A DNA stretch of 64,000 nucleotides from an uncultured Methylomirabilota bacterium (lineage in GTDB: Bacteria > Methylomirabilota > Methylomirabilia > Methylomirabilales > 2-02-FULL-66-22), in contig OY970067.1 of NCBI GenBank assembly GCA_963705305.1, positions 320,001 through 384,000 on the forward strand, written 5' to 3'. The stretch's first letter is position 1. Every line of letters starts with the position of its first letter. Of the stretch, positions 9,766-20,667 are shown one piece after another. The position numbers were made by a program, and so were the translations under genes. Below the pieces are notes generated by a model. It searched no databases. It was given only the letters and a program-made list of their open reading frames with translations, and was not told the origin of the DNA.

Positions 9766-10998
9766 CTACGGTTTTATCAACTGGGCTCGGGCGTCCTCTT
9801 TGGGGAAGACGCTCACCAGGTCGCCCTTCTGCCACTGGACGCCTACCGGATGGCCGTAGATATTCTTGCCGGTCTGGTCGAACTTCACCTTCCCGCCCGG
9901 ACACATCGCGGCGTAGCCCTTGGAAACGTCGAGGGCGGCCAACGCATCCCGCACCTTCTGCGGATCGGGTGACGCCGCCCGCTCGAGCGCATCGGCGATC
10001 ATGAACGTCTGGGCCACCAAGCCGCCCGCATACTCGAAAATGAACTTCCCGTACATCTTCTGGTACACCGCATTCACGGCCTTCGCATCGGCCGTAACAT
10101 CGTGGTTCCAGTGGGCCACACCCAGCAGCCCCTCCGCGTCCTTGCCCGCATTCTTGTAGAAGTCGGGGTGCACGAAGCCTCCCGAGCCGCCGTTGACGGG
10201 GATGTTGACCCCCATCTGCTTCATCGTGCGGACGATGAGGACCAGGTCATTCAGATACGACACGGCGAACAGCATGCTGGCGCCGGAGGCCTTGACCTTG
10301 TTGATGAGCGGGGCGGCATCGGCGAAGCCAGCCGAGTACGGCTCGAACATGACGATCTCCACGCCCTCGCCGGGCGCCTGTTGCTGGAGACCGTTGGAGG
10401 TCGAAGTTCCGAAGGCGGTATTTTCGAACACCACCGCCACCCTGGGCTTGTCGCTGATCAGCTTGGCCATCTGCAGTTGCGCCTTGGCAAACTGGGAGGC
10501 CCGGGCGAAGGGGGTGAAGGTATACTTGCGGCCTCCCTGATTGAGCTGGTCCGAGCTCGAGCCGGTGAGGAGCGGCACCCTGTGCCGCTCGGCCACCTCG
10601 CTGGTAATCAGCGTCAGGGCGCTGGCGTAGGAGCCGTGAACGGCGGAGAGCTTGTAGCTGGTGATCAGCCGCTCCGTCTCTGTGCGCGTCACCGTGGTAT
10701 CGCTCTGCACGTCGGAGAGGATCAGGTTCAGCTTGGCGCCTCCCAGCGATTTGATCCCGCCGCGGTCGTTGACCATCTGGACGGCCAGCTTGGCGGCGTT
10801 GACGCAGTCCTGCCCGATCTGTCCGAAGCTTCCGGTGACCGGATACAGTCCGGCGATGTTGACTGCGGGCGGTGCGGCCCCGGCGATGCGCGGGGCGAGC
10901 ACCCCTGTGGCGAAGGCGCCCCCGACTGCGGTGGCCAGAAAGTCTCTCCGAGTATACTGTCGCGCTGATGACTTGCCTCGGGACTTTGACGCTGTCAT
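9766..10998 (-). CDS. ABC substrate-binding protein (LivJ/K family) with Tat signal
   Basis: TRRDFL twin-arginine motif; VNDRGGIKSLGGAKL; first gene of the liv operon. Confidence 0.9.
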   Translation of the reverse strand: MTASKSRGKSSARQYTRRDFLATAVGGAFATGVLAPRIAGAAPPAVNIAGLYPVTGSFGQIGQDCVNAAKLAVQMVNDRGGIKSLGGAKLNLILSDVQSDTTVTRTETERLITSYKLSAVHGSYASALTLITSEVAERHRVPLLTGSSSDQLNQGGRKYTFTPFARASQFAKAQLQMAKLISDKPRVAVVFENTAFGTSTSNGLQQQAPGEGVEIVMFEPYSAGFADAAPLINKVKASGASMLFAVSYLNDLVLIVRTMKQMGVNIPVNGGSGGFVHPDFYKNAGKDAEGLLGVAHWNHDVTADAKAVNAVYQKMYGKFIFEYAGGLVAQTFMIADALERAASPDPQKVRDALAALDVSKGYAAMCPGGKVKFDQTGKNIYGHPVGVQWQKGDLVSVFPKEDARAQLIKP

Positions 10999-11228
10999 CT
11001 CTTCCCTCCTTGCAATCAGGACCTAGGGCCTGTTCTCGGCCCCCGCCGGCCCTGCGGGGGCGTTCCGGTACCTCGAATCAAAGCCGGTGGGCTTCGTGGA
11101 CTGTGGAGTCTTAACCCCTTGCCAGCTCGAGGGGTGTGTCGGCTCAAGATTGGTGTCGCATCATACGGGATGTTAGCGATTATGACAAGCGTTACTGTCT
11201 GCAATTCCCCCGGGGGCCGCCGGCCTCG

Positions 11229-12683
11229 TCACTTCCCCTCGGGTCCAGCCGCCGAGGAGATGGCGGACGCGTTCCAGCCCCCGCCCAGCGCTTCGATTAA
11301 GAGGACACTGGCCACCATCCGGCGACCTTGGATGGCAACGGCGGTGCTCTCGTTCGCCAGGGCCGCCGTCTGGGCCACGATGACGTTGAGGTAGCTGACG
11401 GTCCCCGCCTTGTATTGGTTCGTGGTCAACACCACCGACTCCCGGGCCGCCTTCACCGCCTCATCCTGGACCCGCGCCTCGTCCTCCAGGATGCGAAGAG
11501 CGGCGAGATTGTCTTCGACCGCCTGGAAGGCGGCAAGCACGGCCTGACGATAGGACGCCACCGTGGCGTCATAGGCCGCCCGCGCCTGCATGACCTCGGC
11601 CCGGCGCAACCCCCCGTCGAAGACGGTCTCCGAGATCGCCGGCCCGATCGCCCAGAGCCGGCTGGGCCAGGAAAGCCAATCCGAGAATCGTGAGCTCTCG
11701 AACCCTCCGGATGCGCCCAAGGTGAGGGTTGGGTAGAAGGCCGCCTGGGCCACCCCGATCTGGGCGTTGGCTGCCGCGATCTGCCGCTCTGCGGCGGCGA
11801 TGTCCGGCCGGCGCTCGAGGAGCTCGGAGGGGACGCCGACAGGGATCGGCGGCGGCACGGCCGCGAGGGGCGCCACCGGGAGGGAGAAGGTGGATGCGGA
11901 CGTTCCGATCAGGGCCGCGATGGCATGCTCGAGCTGCGTCCGCTGCACGCCGACATCGATGGCCTGGGCCTGGACGGTCTTGAGCTGCGTCTCTGCCTGG
12001 ACGACATCCGCCCTGGAGGCCACCCCGCTCGCGTATTGATTCTGCGTGAGCTGGAGCGCCTTCTGGTCGGCCGCGACGGTTGCATCCAAGAGCTGGCGCT
12101 GAGCGTCGAGTTCCCGCAGGGTGAAGTAGCTCTGGGCCAGGGTAGCCTGGGCGCTCAGGCGGGCGGATTCGAGGTCGGCCGCACTCGCCTGGGCGGTCGC
12201 CTGCTGGGACTCGACTGTGCGCCGAATCCGCCCCCAGAGATCGGGTTCCCACGACGCGTCGAGGGGCAAGGAGTATTCCGTGAGAGTCTGGGCGGTCGAT
12301 AATCCCTGGCCGCCGATGGTCAGCTGGCGCAAGCGCGTGACCCCGATTCCGACGGAAAGGGACGGGAAGTAGCTCGCCCGTGCCGCCTGGACCGCCGCGC
12401 GAGCCTGCCGGACCTGGGCCTCCGCCGCGGCCAGGGTCTGGTTGGAGAGGCTGACTTGGACCTCGAGGGTGCTCAACAACGGATCGTGGAAGATCTCCCA
12501 CCATGCCCCCCGGAGGGTCGCGTCCTGCGGTGTCGCCACCTTCCAGTCTTTCAACTCCTTGTAGGCAGGAGGAGACGCGACCGGCGGCCGCATGTATTTG
12601 GGGCCGACCGTGCAGGCGGCACACAGGGTGAGTACCCCGCTGATTGTTAGGAGTGCGATCCACCGGACGTTCATGCGAAGCAT
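11229..12683 (-). CDS. Efflux outer-membrane factor lipoprotein (NodT/OprM type)
   Basis: Lipobox AAC-TVGP, WEPDLWGR, PSELLERRPDI, ALGGGW. Confidence 0.94.
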   Translation of the reverse strand: MLRMNVRWIALLTISGVLTLCAACTVGPKYMRPPVASPPAYKELKDWKVATPQDATLRGAWWEIFHDPLLSTLEVQVSLSNQTLAAAEAQVRQARAAVQAARASYFPSLSVGIGVTRLRQLTIGGQGLSTAQTLTEYSLPLDASWEPDLWGRIRRTVESQQATAQASAADLESARLSAQATLAQSYFTLRELDAQRQLLDATVAADQKALQLTQNQYASGVASRADVVQAETQLKTVQAQAIDVGVQRTQLEHAIAALIGTSASTFSLPVAPLAAVPPPIPVGVPSELLERRPDIAAAERQIAAANAQIGVAQAAFYPTLTLGASGGFESSRFSDWLSWPSRLWAIGPAISETVFDGGLRRAEVMQARAAYDATVASYRQAVLAAFQAVEDNLAALRILEDEARVQDEAVKAARESVVLTTNQYKAGTVSYLNVIVAQTAALANESTAVAIQGRRMVASVLLIEALGGGWNASAISSAAGPEGK

Positions 12684-12782
12684 TAGACCGTCACCTCACT
12701 CCCCGGGTCCCGCTGCCCGGCCTGCTTCAGGCCGAGCTCGCCCGGGGGATGGACCAGCGTCCCGAGCGGCTCCTCCGGCACC

Positions 12783-15700
12783 TCACAGGCCGGCCGGACG
12801 GGGAGCCGTATCGCGAGTAACCTGCGGTCTCTGCCTGCCCCGCAGCCGCTCGACCCACAGCCGGAACCGGTCCAGGTACAGATACACCACCGGCGTCGTG
12901 TACAGCGTGAGCAGCTGGCTGATCAGCAGCCCCCCGACGATGGAGATGCCCAGCGGGCGGCGCAGCTCCGACCCGACCCCCGTCCCGAGGGCCAGGGGCA
13001 GCGCCCCCAGGAGCGCGGCCATGGTCGTCATCATGATGGGCCGGAAGCGCAGCAGGCAGGCCTCGTAGATCGCCTCGAGGGGGGGCTTCCCCCCTTTCCG
13101 CTCCGCCTCCAGAGCGAAGTCGATCATCATGATGGCGTTCTTCTTCACGATCCCGATCAGAAGGATGATGCCGATGAGGGCGATGACGCTGAGATCAGTC
13201 CGGCAGAGGAGCAGCGCCAGGATGGCGCCCACCCCCGCCGAGGGGAGCGTGGACAGGATCGTGATCGGGTGGATGTAGCTTTCGTACAGCACCCCCAGGA
13301 CGATGTAGACGGCCACCAGCGCCGCCAGGATCAGGATGGGCTCGTTCGCCAGCGAGGCCTCAAAGGCCTGGGCGGTGCCCTGGAAGCTCCCCCGGACGCT
13401 CGCCGGGATGCCCAGCTGCCGCGTGGCCTGCTGGACCGCCGTCACGGCCTGCCCGAGGGCCACCCCCGGGGCCAGATTGAACGAGAGGGTCACCGCCGGG
13501 AACTGGCCCTGGTGGTTGACCGAAAGCGCCGTCGTGGTGGGCTGGTAATGCGTGAAGGCGCTGAGCGGCACGGGGGACCCTGTCGGCGGCCGGACATAGA
13601 TGTCCCGCAGGGTCTCCGGGCGCTGCCAGTACTCCGGGGCAACCTCCATCACGACGTGGTACTGGTTGAGCTGGGTGTACATGATGGAGACCTGCTCCTG
13701 GCCGAAAGCGTCGTAGAGAGTGTTGTCGATGAGCTGCGAGCTGATGCCGAGCCGGGACGCCGTGCTGCGGTCGATTGCCAGTGTCGCCTGCAGCCCCCGG
13801 TCCTGCTGATCGCTGCTCACGTCGCGCAACTCGGGCAGCGCGCGCAGCCGCTGCTCGACCCGCGGGGCCCAGGCGGTGAGGTCCGCCACTCGATCGCTCT
13901 CGAGCGTGTATTGGTATTGGGCATTGCTCAGCCGGCCCCCGACCCGAAGGTCTTGGACCGCCTGGAGGAACGCCGGGGCACCCGGCACGGCGGCGAGCCT
14001 TTGCCGCAGCCGGCCGATCACCTGATCGGCACTCACCGACCGCTGCCCCTGGGGTTTCAGAGCGATGAACATGCGGCCGGTGTTGGTCGTGGCCCCTCCG
14101 CCCCCGGTCCCCCCCGTGAAACCGGCCACCTGGTCCACCGCCGGATCGCTCTGGATGATCTTCACCACCTCCGTCAGCTTGTCCCGCATGGCCTGGAACG
14201 AGATGTCCTGGGCCGCCTGGATGCTCCCGCCCAGGCGCCCTGTATCCTGCTGTGGGAAGAATCCCTTCGGGATAACGACGAAGAGGTAAATGTTCACCCC
14301 CACGGTCAGCAGGGTGAGGGCGAGCATGAAACGCGCGTGGTGAAGCGCCCACGACACCGTGATGTCGTAGCGCCGGTGCATCCAGTCGAATACCCGCTCG
14401 CTGGCGCGGTGGATCGGGCCATGGCCGCGGGCGCTTTGGGGCTGCAGAAGCCGCGCGCACATCATGGGGGTCGTGGTCAGGGAAACCAGCAGGGACACCG
14501 CGATGGCCACCGAGAGCACCACGGCGAATTCCCGGAACAGGCGGCCCACGATCCCTCCCATCAGAAGGATTGGGGTGAACACCGCCACCAGGGAGAGGCT
14601 CATCGACAGGACGGTGAAGGAGATTTCTCGCGCCCCCCGGAGCGCGGCCTGATGGGGGGTCATGCCTTGCTCGATGTACCGGGTGATGTTCTCGAGGACG
14701 ACTATGGCGTCATCCACAACAAAGCCGGTGGCGATGGTAAGCGCCATGAGCGAGAGATTATCCAGGCTGTACCCCCAGAGATACATCACCCCGAAGGTGC
14801 TGACGAGCGACACCGGAACCGCGATGCCCGGGATGAGGGTCGACCGGACGTTCCGCAGGAAGGCGAATACCACCAGAATCACGAGCCCGATGGCGATCAG
14901 GAGCGTGCGCTCGACATCGCGCAGAGAGGCGCGAATCGGCGGCGTGCGATCCAGGGTGACCGACAGGCTGACGTTGCCGGGCACGGTGGCTTCCAGTTGC
15001 GGCAGCAGGCTCCGGACGCGATCCACCGTCTCGATGATGTTGGCGCCGGGCTGCCGGAATACGATGATCATCACAGCCGGCTTGCCATTCACCAGCCCCA
15101 TCGTGCGCACATCCTCCACCGAATCCCGGACCTCGGCCACATCCGACAGTCGAACAGCGCTTCCGCCATTGTAGGCGACGATCAGGGGCCGATACTGCTC
15201 GGCGAGATGCAGTTGATCGTTCGTCCAGATTTGCCAGACCTTGGCACCGTCCGTCAGCTGCCCCTTGGGCCGATTCACGTTGGTGCCGGCCAACATGGTA
15301 CGCACATCCGCGAGGCCGAGCCCGTACTTGCTGAGCGCGGTGGGGTTCAGCTCCACGCGGACGGACGGCAGCGCCCCGCCCCCTACGAACACCTGCCCGA
15401 CCCCCTCGACCTGCGAGAGCTTCTGCGACAAGATAGTCGAGGCCGCGTCGTACATCTGCCCACGACTGACCGTGTCGGAAGTGAGCGACAGGATGAGGAT
15501 GGGCGCGTCCGCCGGATTCACCTTCCGGTAGGTCGGCTCGCTCGGCAAGTTCGAAGGCAGGTACCCGCGCGCGGCGTTGATCGCCGCCTGGACGTCCCGG
15601 GCTGCGCCGTCGATATTGCGGCTCAGGTCGAATTGCAGGACGATCCCGGTGGAGCCCCGATAACTCGTGGAGGTCATCTCGGTCACGCCCGCGATGCGAC

Positions 15701-15914
15701 TGAACTGGCGCTCGAGCGGCGTGGCCACCGATGTCGCCATGGTCTCGGGATCTGCCCCCGGCAGCGACGCCGATACCTGGATGGTCGGAAAATCCACCTC
15801 CGGGAGGGCGGACACGGGAAGCAGGCGGAACGCGATCGCACCGGCCAGCAACAGCCCTGCCGTCAAGAGCGTCGTCGCAACCGGCCGGCCGATGAAGATG
15901 CGCGAGATGTTCAT
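12783..15914 (-). CDS. mdtC: RND efflux permease, MdtC-like
   Basis: 1043 aa; [37 protein letters not shown]; second of tandem RND pair. Confidence 0.88.
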   Translation of the reverse strand: MNISRIFIGRPVATTLLTAGLLLAGAIAFRLLPVSALPEVDFPTIQVSASLPGADPETMATSVATPLERQFSRIAGVTEMTSTSYRGSTGIVLQFDLSRNIDGAARDVQAAINAARGYLPSNLPSEPTYRKVNPADAPILILSLTSDTVSRGQMYDAASTILSQKLSQVEGVGQVFVGGGALPSVRVELNPTALSKYGLGLADVRTMLAGTNVNRPKGQLTDGAKVWQIWTNDQLHLAEQYRPLIVAYNGGSAVRLSDVAEVRDSVEDVRTMGLVNGKPAVMIIVFRQPGANIIETVDRVRSLLPQLEATVPGNVSLSVTLDRTPPIRASLRDVERTLLIAIGLVILVVFAFLRNVRSTLIPGIAVPVSLVSTFGVMYLWGYSLDNLSLMALTIATGFVVDDAIVVLENITRYIEQGMTPHQAALRGAREISFTVLSMSLSLVAVFTPILLMGGIVGRLFREFAVVLSVAIAVSLLVSLTTTPMMCARLLQPQSARGHGPIHRASERVFDWMHRRYDITVSWALHHARFMLALTLLTVGVNIYLFVVIPKGFFPQQDTGRLGGSIQAAQDISFQAMRDKLTEVVKIIQSDPAVDQVAGFTGGTGGGGATTNTGRMFIALKPQGQRSVSADQVIGRLRQRLAAVPGAPAFLQAVQDLRVGGRLSNAQYQYTLESDRVADLTAWAPRVEQRLRALPELRDVSSDQQDRGLQATLAIDRSTASRLGISSQLIDNTLYDAFGQEQVSIMYTQLNQYHVVMEVAPEYWQRPETLRDIYVRPPTGSPVPLSAFTHYQPTTTALSVNHQGQFPAVTLSFNLAPGVALGQAVTAVQQATRQLGIPASVRGSFQGTAQAFEASLANEPILILAALVAVYIVLGVLYESYIHPITILSTLPSAGVGAILALLLCRTDLSVIALIGIILLIGIVKKNAIMMIDFALEAERKGGKPPLEAIYEACLLRFRPIMMTTMAALLGALPLALGTGVGSELRRPLGISIVGGLLISQLLTLYTTPVVYLYLDRFRLWVERLRGRQRPQVTRDTAPRPAGL

Positions 15915-18900
15915 GCCGGCCTCATCCCCGCATCGCCGCCGCTTGGCTCCCCGCCTTTCGACCCGCGGAGGCGCCTGGCCAGCCGGTCGAAGGCGAGATA
16001 AATGACGGGCGTCGTGTACAGTGTGAGCAGCTGGCTAATCAGCAGCCCCCCGACGATGGAGATGCCCAGCGGGCGGCGCAGCTCCGATCCGACCCCCCTC
16101 CCGAGGGCCAGGGGCAACGCGCCCAGGAGCGCGGCCATGGTCGTCATCATGATGGGCCGGAAGCGCAGCAGGCAGGCCTGGTAGATCGCTTCGCGAGGAG
16201 ACTTGCCCTCCTTGCGCTCCGCCTCCAGGGCGAAGTCGACCATCATGATTCCGTTCTTCTTGACGATCCCGATCAGGAGGATGATGCCGATGAGGGCGAT
16301 GACGTTGAGTTCCGCCCGGCAGAGGAGGAGGGCCAGAATGGCGCCCACCCCCGCCGAGGGGAGCGTGGACAGGATCGTGATCGGGTGGATGTAGCTCTCG
16401 TACAGCACCCCCAGGACGATGTAGACGACCACCAGCGCCGCCAGGATGAGGAGGGGCTCGTTCGCCAGCGAGGCCCGGAACGCTTCGGCAGTGCCCTGGA
16501 AGCTACCCCGGATGCTGGCCGGCAGGCCCAGCTGCCGGGTGGCCCCCTCGACCGCCGACACCGCCTGCCCGAGGGCCACCCCCGGGGCCAGGTTGAACGA
16601 GAGGGTCACCGCCGGGAACTGGCCCTGGTGGCTCACGGCGAGAGGCGTCGTCGACTCGCTGATGCTCGCCACTGCCCTCAACGGCACTTGCCCGCCGCCC
16701 GCGCTGCGGAGATACACGGCCTGCAGCCCGCTCGGGTGTTGCCGAAAGGGAGGCTTGACCTCGAGCACGACGTGATACTGGTTCAATTGCGTGAAGATCG
16801 TGGAGACCTGCCGCTGGCCGAAGGCATCGTAGAGGGTGTCGTCGATGAGCTGCGTGTTGATGCCGAGCCGGGATGCCGTGCTGCGGTCGATTTGGAGGGA
16901 CGCCTGCAGCCCCTTGTCCTGCTGATCGCTGCTCACGTCGACCACCCCCGGCAGCGCGCGCAAGGCGTCGACCAGCTTCGGCGCCCAGTGGTTCAGCTCG
17001 TCCGCATTCGGGTCCTCGAGGCTGTACTGGTATTGCGTACGGCTCACCCGATCCTCGACGGTCAGGTCCTGCACCGGCTGGAGGTACAGCGTGATTCCCT
17101 CCACCCTCGCCAGCCTGGGCTGCAGGCGGCGAATGACCTCGCTCGCGCTCACCTTTCGCTCAGCCAGCGGTTTCAGGTTGATCTGGATGCGCCCGCTGTT
17201 GAGGGTCGTGTTCGTCCCGTCCACGCCGATGAACGACGACAGACTTTCCACGGCCGGATCCTGCACGATCGCCCTGCCCAGAGCCTGCTGCCGCTCGGCC
17301 ATGGCCGCGAACGAAATCGTCTGGGGGGCCTCCGAGATGCCCAGGATGACCCCGGTGTCCTGGACGGGGAAGAAGCCCTTTGGGGCGACATTGTACAGGT
17401 AGACGGTGAGTACGAGGGTGCCGATCGCCACCAGGAGGGTCGCCCCCTCCCGGCCCAGGACCCAGCGCAGCGTCGTTCCATAGAACGCGATGATCCGGTC
17501 GAACCAGCGCTGCGATACCCGATAGAACCACCCTTGCTCCTCCTCGGGCGTGCGTTGGAGCAGCCGCGCGCACATCATCGGCGTCAGGGTGAGCGACACC
17601 ACCGCCGAGATCAGGATGGTGGCCCCCAGGGTAATGGCGAACTCGCGGAACAGCCGGCCGACCACATCACCCATGAAAAGCAGGGGGATGAGCACGGCGA
17701 TGAGCGAGACGGTCAGGGACAGGATGGTGAATCCGATCTGCTCGGCGCCCTTGAGGGCGGCCTGCAGCGGAGGCTCCCCCTGCTCGATGAATCGATCGAT
17801 GTTCTCGATCATGACGATCGCGTCGTCCACTACGAAGCCGGTGGAAATCGTGAGGGCCATCAGGGACAGGTTGTTCAGGCTGAAGCCCAGCAGATACATG
17901 ATGCCGAACGTCCCGATCAGCGACAGGGGGGCGGCCACAGCCGGAATGGCCGTGGCGGAGGCGACGCGGAGAAAGAGAAAGATCACCATGATGACCAGCG
18001 CCACGGCCAGCATGAGCTCGAATTGCACGTCCTGGACCGAGGCCCGAATGGTCGTGGTCCGGTCGGTCAGTACGGACACCTTCACGGAGGCGGGCAATGT
18101 GCTCTCGATCTGTGGGAGCAGGCGCTTGATGCGGTCGACCACCTCGATGACGTTGGCGCCCGGCTGCCGCTGGATGTTGACGATCACCGCCGGGGTCTCG
18201 TTCATCCATGCCGCCTGGTTCACGTTCTCCGCGTCGTCGACCACGTCGGCCACGTCGGACAAATGGACCGGCGCCCCGTTGCGGTACGCGACGATCAGGG
18301 GCCGGTACTCGCCGCTGGTCAGCAGTTGGTCGTTCGCGCCGATGACATAGGCCTGGTGGGGGCCGTCAAAACTGCCCTTGGCCTGATTGACGTTTGCGGC
18401 CGCCACCGCCGCGCGCAGGTCCTCAAGGGTGAGGCCGTATGCCGCCAGGGCAGTCGGGTTGGCCTGGATGCGGACGGCCGGTCGCTGCCCCCCGCTGATG
18501 CTGACGAGGCCCACCCCCGAGAGCTGGGAGATCTTTTGCGCAAAGCGAGTATCCGCGAGGTCTTCAACCTGCGGCAGCGGCATGGCGTTCGACGCCAGGG
18601 CCAGGATCAGGATCGGCGCATCCGCCGGGTTCACCTTATTGTAGACGGGAGGATTGGGGAGATCCGCTGGCAGAAAGGTGTAGGCGGCATTGATGGCGGC
18701 CTGCACCTCCTGCTCGGCGACATCCAGGCTGAGGTCCAGGCTGAACTGGAGCGTGATCACCGAGCTGCCGCCGGAGCTGGTCGACATCATCTGGTTCAAT
18801 CCGGGCATTTGTCCGAACTGGCGCTCCAATGGAGCGGTGACCGACGAGGCCATGACGTCCGGACTGGCACCAGGGTAGAAGGTGAGGACTTGGATCGTCG

Positions 18901-19027
18901 GGTAATCGACCTGCGGCAAGGCCGAGACAGGCAGTTCCCGGTACGCCACGGCCCCCGCCAGCAGAATGGCGACCATCAGCAGCGTGGTGGCGACAGGCCG
19001 TAGGATGAAGAGCCGGGAGAAATTCAT
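15911..19027 (-). CDS. mdtB: RND efflux permease, MdtB-like
   Basis: 1038 aa; [28 protein letters not shown]. Confidence 0.9.
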   Translation of the reverse strand: MNFSRLFILRPVATTLLMVAILLAGAVAYRELPVSALPQVDYPTIQVLTFYPGASPDVMASSVTAPLERQFGQMPGLNQMMSTSSGGSSVITLQFSLDLSLDVAEQEVQAAINAAYTFLPADLPNPPVYNKVNPADAPILILALASNAMPLPQVEDLADTRFAQKISQLSGVGLVSISGGQRPAVRIQANPTALAAYGLTLEDLRAAVAAANVNQAKGSFDGPHQAYVIGANDQLLTSGEYRPLIVAYRNGAPVHLSDVADVVDDAENVNQAAWMNETPAVIVNIQRQPGANVIEVVDRIKRLLPQIESTLPASVKVSVLTDRTTTIRASVQDVQFELMLAVALVIMVIFLFLRVASATAIPAVAAPLSLIGTFGIMYLLGFSLNNLSLMALTISTGFVVDDAIVMIENIDRFIEQGEPPLQAALKGAEQIGFTILSLTVSLIAVLIPLLFMGDVVGRLFREFAITLGATILISAVVSLTLTPMMCARLLQRTPEEEQGWFYRVSQRWFDRIIAFYGTTLRWVLGREGATLLVAIGTLVLTVYLYNVAPKGFFPVQDTGVILGISEAPQTISFAAMAERQQALGRAIVQDPAVESLSSFIGVDGTNTTLNSGRIQINLKPLAERKVSASEVIRRLQPRLARVEGITLYLQPVQDLTVEDRVSRTQYQYSLEDPNADELNHWAPKLVDALRALPGVVDVSSDQQDKGLQASLQIDRSTASRLGINTQLIDDTLYDAFGQRQVSTIFTQLNQYHVVLEVKPPFRQHPSGLQAVYLRSAGGGQVPLRAVASISESTTPLAVSHQGQFPAVTLSFNLAPGVALGQAVSAVEGATRQLGLPASIRGSFQGTAEAFRASLANEPLLILAALVVVYIVLGVLYESYIHPITILSTLPSAGVGAILALLLCRAELNVIALIGIILLIGIVKKNGIMMVDFALEAERKEGKSPREAIYQACLLRFRPIMMTTMAALLGALPLALGRGVGSELRRPLGISIVGGLLISQLLTLYTTPVIYLAFDRLARRLRGSKGGEPSGGDAGMRPA

Positions 19028-20253
19028 CAGTTGCTCTTTCGTGCGCTATTGCCCGACGGCGCCTGCAGCTCCACCTTTGCGCCTTCTCGGAGTCTCTCCG
19101 CGCCATCGGTCACAACGACATCCCCCGAGACCAGCCCGGCGCTGACCGATGTCTCGCCCCCCTGACTGACCTCGACCGTAACGGGGCGCATCGACACCGT
19201 CTGGTCTGCCTTCACCACGTACACGAAGGCGCCTTGGGAGCCATGCTGGATAGCGGCGTTCGGCACCAAGATCGCACCGCGCTTCACCTCGATGAGGAGA
19301 TGGGCGTTGACGAATTGATTGGGGAACAGCACGTGATCGGCGTTGGGGAACTCGGCTTTGAGACGGACCGTTCCGGTGGTTGGATCGATCTGGTTGTCGA
19401 CCGTCAGCAACGATCCCGTGGCCAGCTTTCGTTGTTGTGCGCGATCGTAGGCCTCAACGGGCAAGCGGTCGCCGGCCCTGAGCTTGGCAAGCACTTGGGG
19501 AAGATTGTCCTCCGGGATGGAGAAAATCACGGCAATCGGTTCGAGCTGCGTGATCACAACCAGGCCGTTGGCATCGGCCGCGTGCACGATGTTACCGGGA
19601 TCCACCAGGCGGAGACCCACGCGCCCGCTGATGGGCGAGGTGATGTGGCAGTAGGCAAGCTGGACCTTGGTATAATCGATCTGGCCCTGATCGTTCTTCA
19701 CTGCCCCCTCGTACTGCCGGACCAGCGATTCCTGGGTATCCAGCTGCTGCTTGGGAATGGAATCCTGTCCCCAAAGCACCCGGTACCGCTCCAGGTCAAT
19801 CCGCGCGTTCGCCAGCAGGGCCTGATCGCGCGCCAGTTGCCCCTCATACTGAATCAACTGGGCCTCGAATGGGCGCGAGTCGAGCTCGGCCAGCAGGTCT
19901 CCCTTGACGACAAGCTGGCCTTCCCGGAATCCGACGCTCATCAGTTGTCCGTCGACGCGGGTATGGACGGTCACCGTGTTGAGCGGGGTGACCGACCCGA
20001 TTCCGGTGAGGTAGATGGGAAGGTCTCCCTGCTTGACGGCCGCGGCCGTCACAGCAACTGGGCGGGCGGCAGGGGTCGCAGGCGGGACCGCACGCGGTTG
20101 GGCCCGGCCTCTCGTGCTCCAGAGGGCGTACGCCCCGACGGCCAGAAGACAGAGCACCAGCAACCAGAGCCACCAGCGCCTGCGCGTGGGAGCGAGACGA
20201 GGCTCTTCCGGTGCGTGGTTCTTTGGGGTTTCCTCCATGGACGCCATGATCAT
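19027..20253 (-). CDS. mdtA: RND periplasmic adaptor (MdtA-like)
   Basis: [40 protein letters not shown]. Confidence 0.9.
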   Translation of the reverse strand: MIMASMEETPKNHAPEEPRLAPTRRRWWLWLLVLCLLAVGAYALWSTRGRAQPRAVPPATPAARPVAVTAAAVKQGDLPIYLTGIGSVTPLNTVTVHTRVDGQLMSVGFREGQLVVKGDLLAELDSRPFEAQLIQYEGQLARDQALLANARIDLERYRVLWGQDSIPKQQLDTQESLVRQYEGAVKNDQGQIDYTKVQLAYCHITSPISGRVGLRLVDPGNIVHAADANGLVVITQLEPIAVIFSIPEDNLPQVLAKLRAGDRLPVEAYDRAQQRKLATGSLLTVDNQIDPTTGTVRLKAEFPNADHVLFPNQFVNAHLLIEVKRGAILVPNAAIQHGSQGAFVYVVKADQTVSMRPVTVEVSQGGETSVSAGLVSGDVVVTDGAERLREGAKVELQAPSGNSARKSN

Positions 20254-20667
20254 TGCCTCACAATGGATGAGTCCGCCAAATGCCCGGCCTATGCCGTTGT
20301 CAAGCGTTCGTGTCGTCTCGTCACGGTCGTGGCAGTCTGCTCCGAAAAGCGGCCAACACGCCGGCCATTTTCATTTCGGGCAATACGCCCCATCTCCCTG
20401 CGGTGATCCTCTTCCTTTATACGGATGGCGAGAGGAGGAGGTTTCATGAAGACTTACAGCAAGGGCTGCCGTTGCTCTGTACAAACACCGCCCATCCTTC
20501 ACGATGTCGAGAATGCCTTGGTTCCCTCGGCCAAATACGGCAAAGCCGGCGGGTACTCCGGGTACCCGAGGATGCCGTAGCCGGGCATTATAAGCCCGTG
20601 GAACTCTCGTTTCAACCGTACACAACTGCAAGATGCAGGCAGGCCCCGGCAGACCGTAGCTGTGGCG

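Noticed and set aside
13269..19003. Very long antisense ORFs (910 and 872 aa) and similar ones elsewhere
   Set aside because: Shadow frames of GC-rich RND genes; no recognisable motifs
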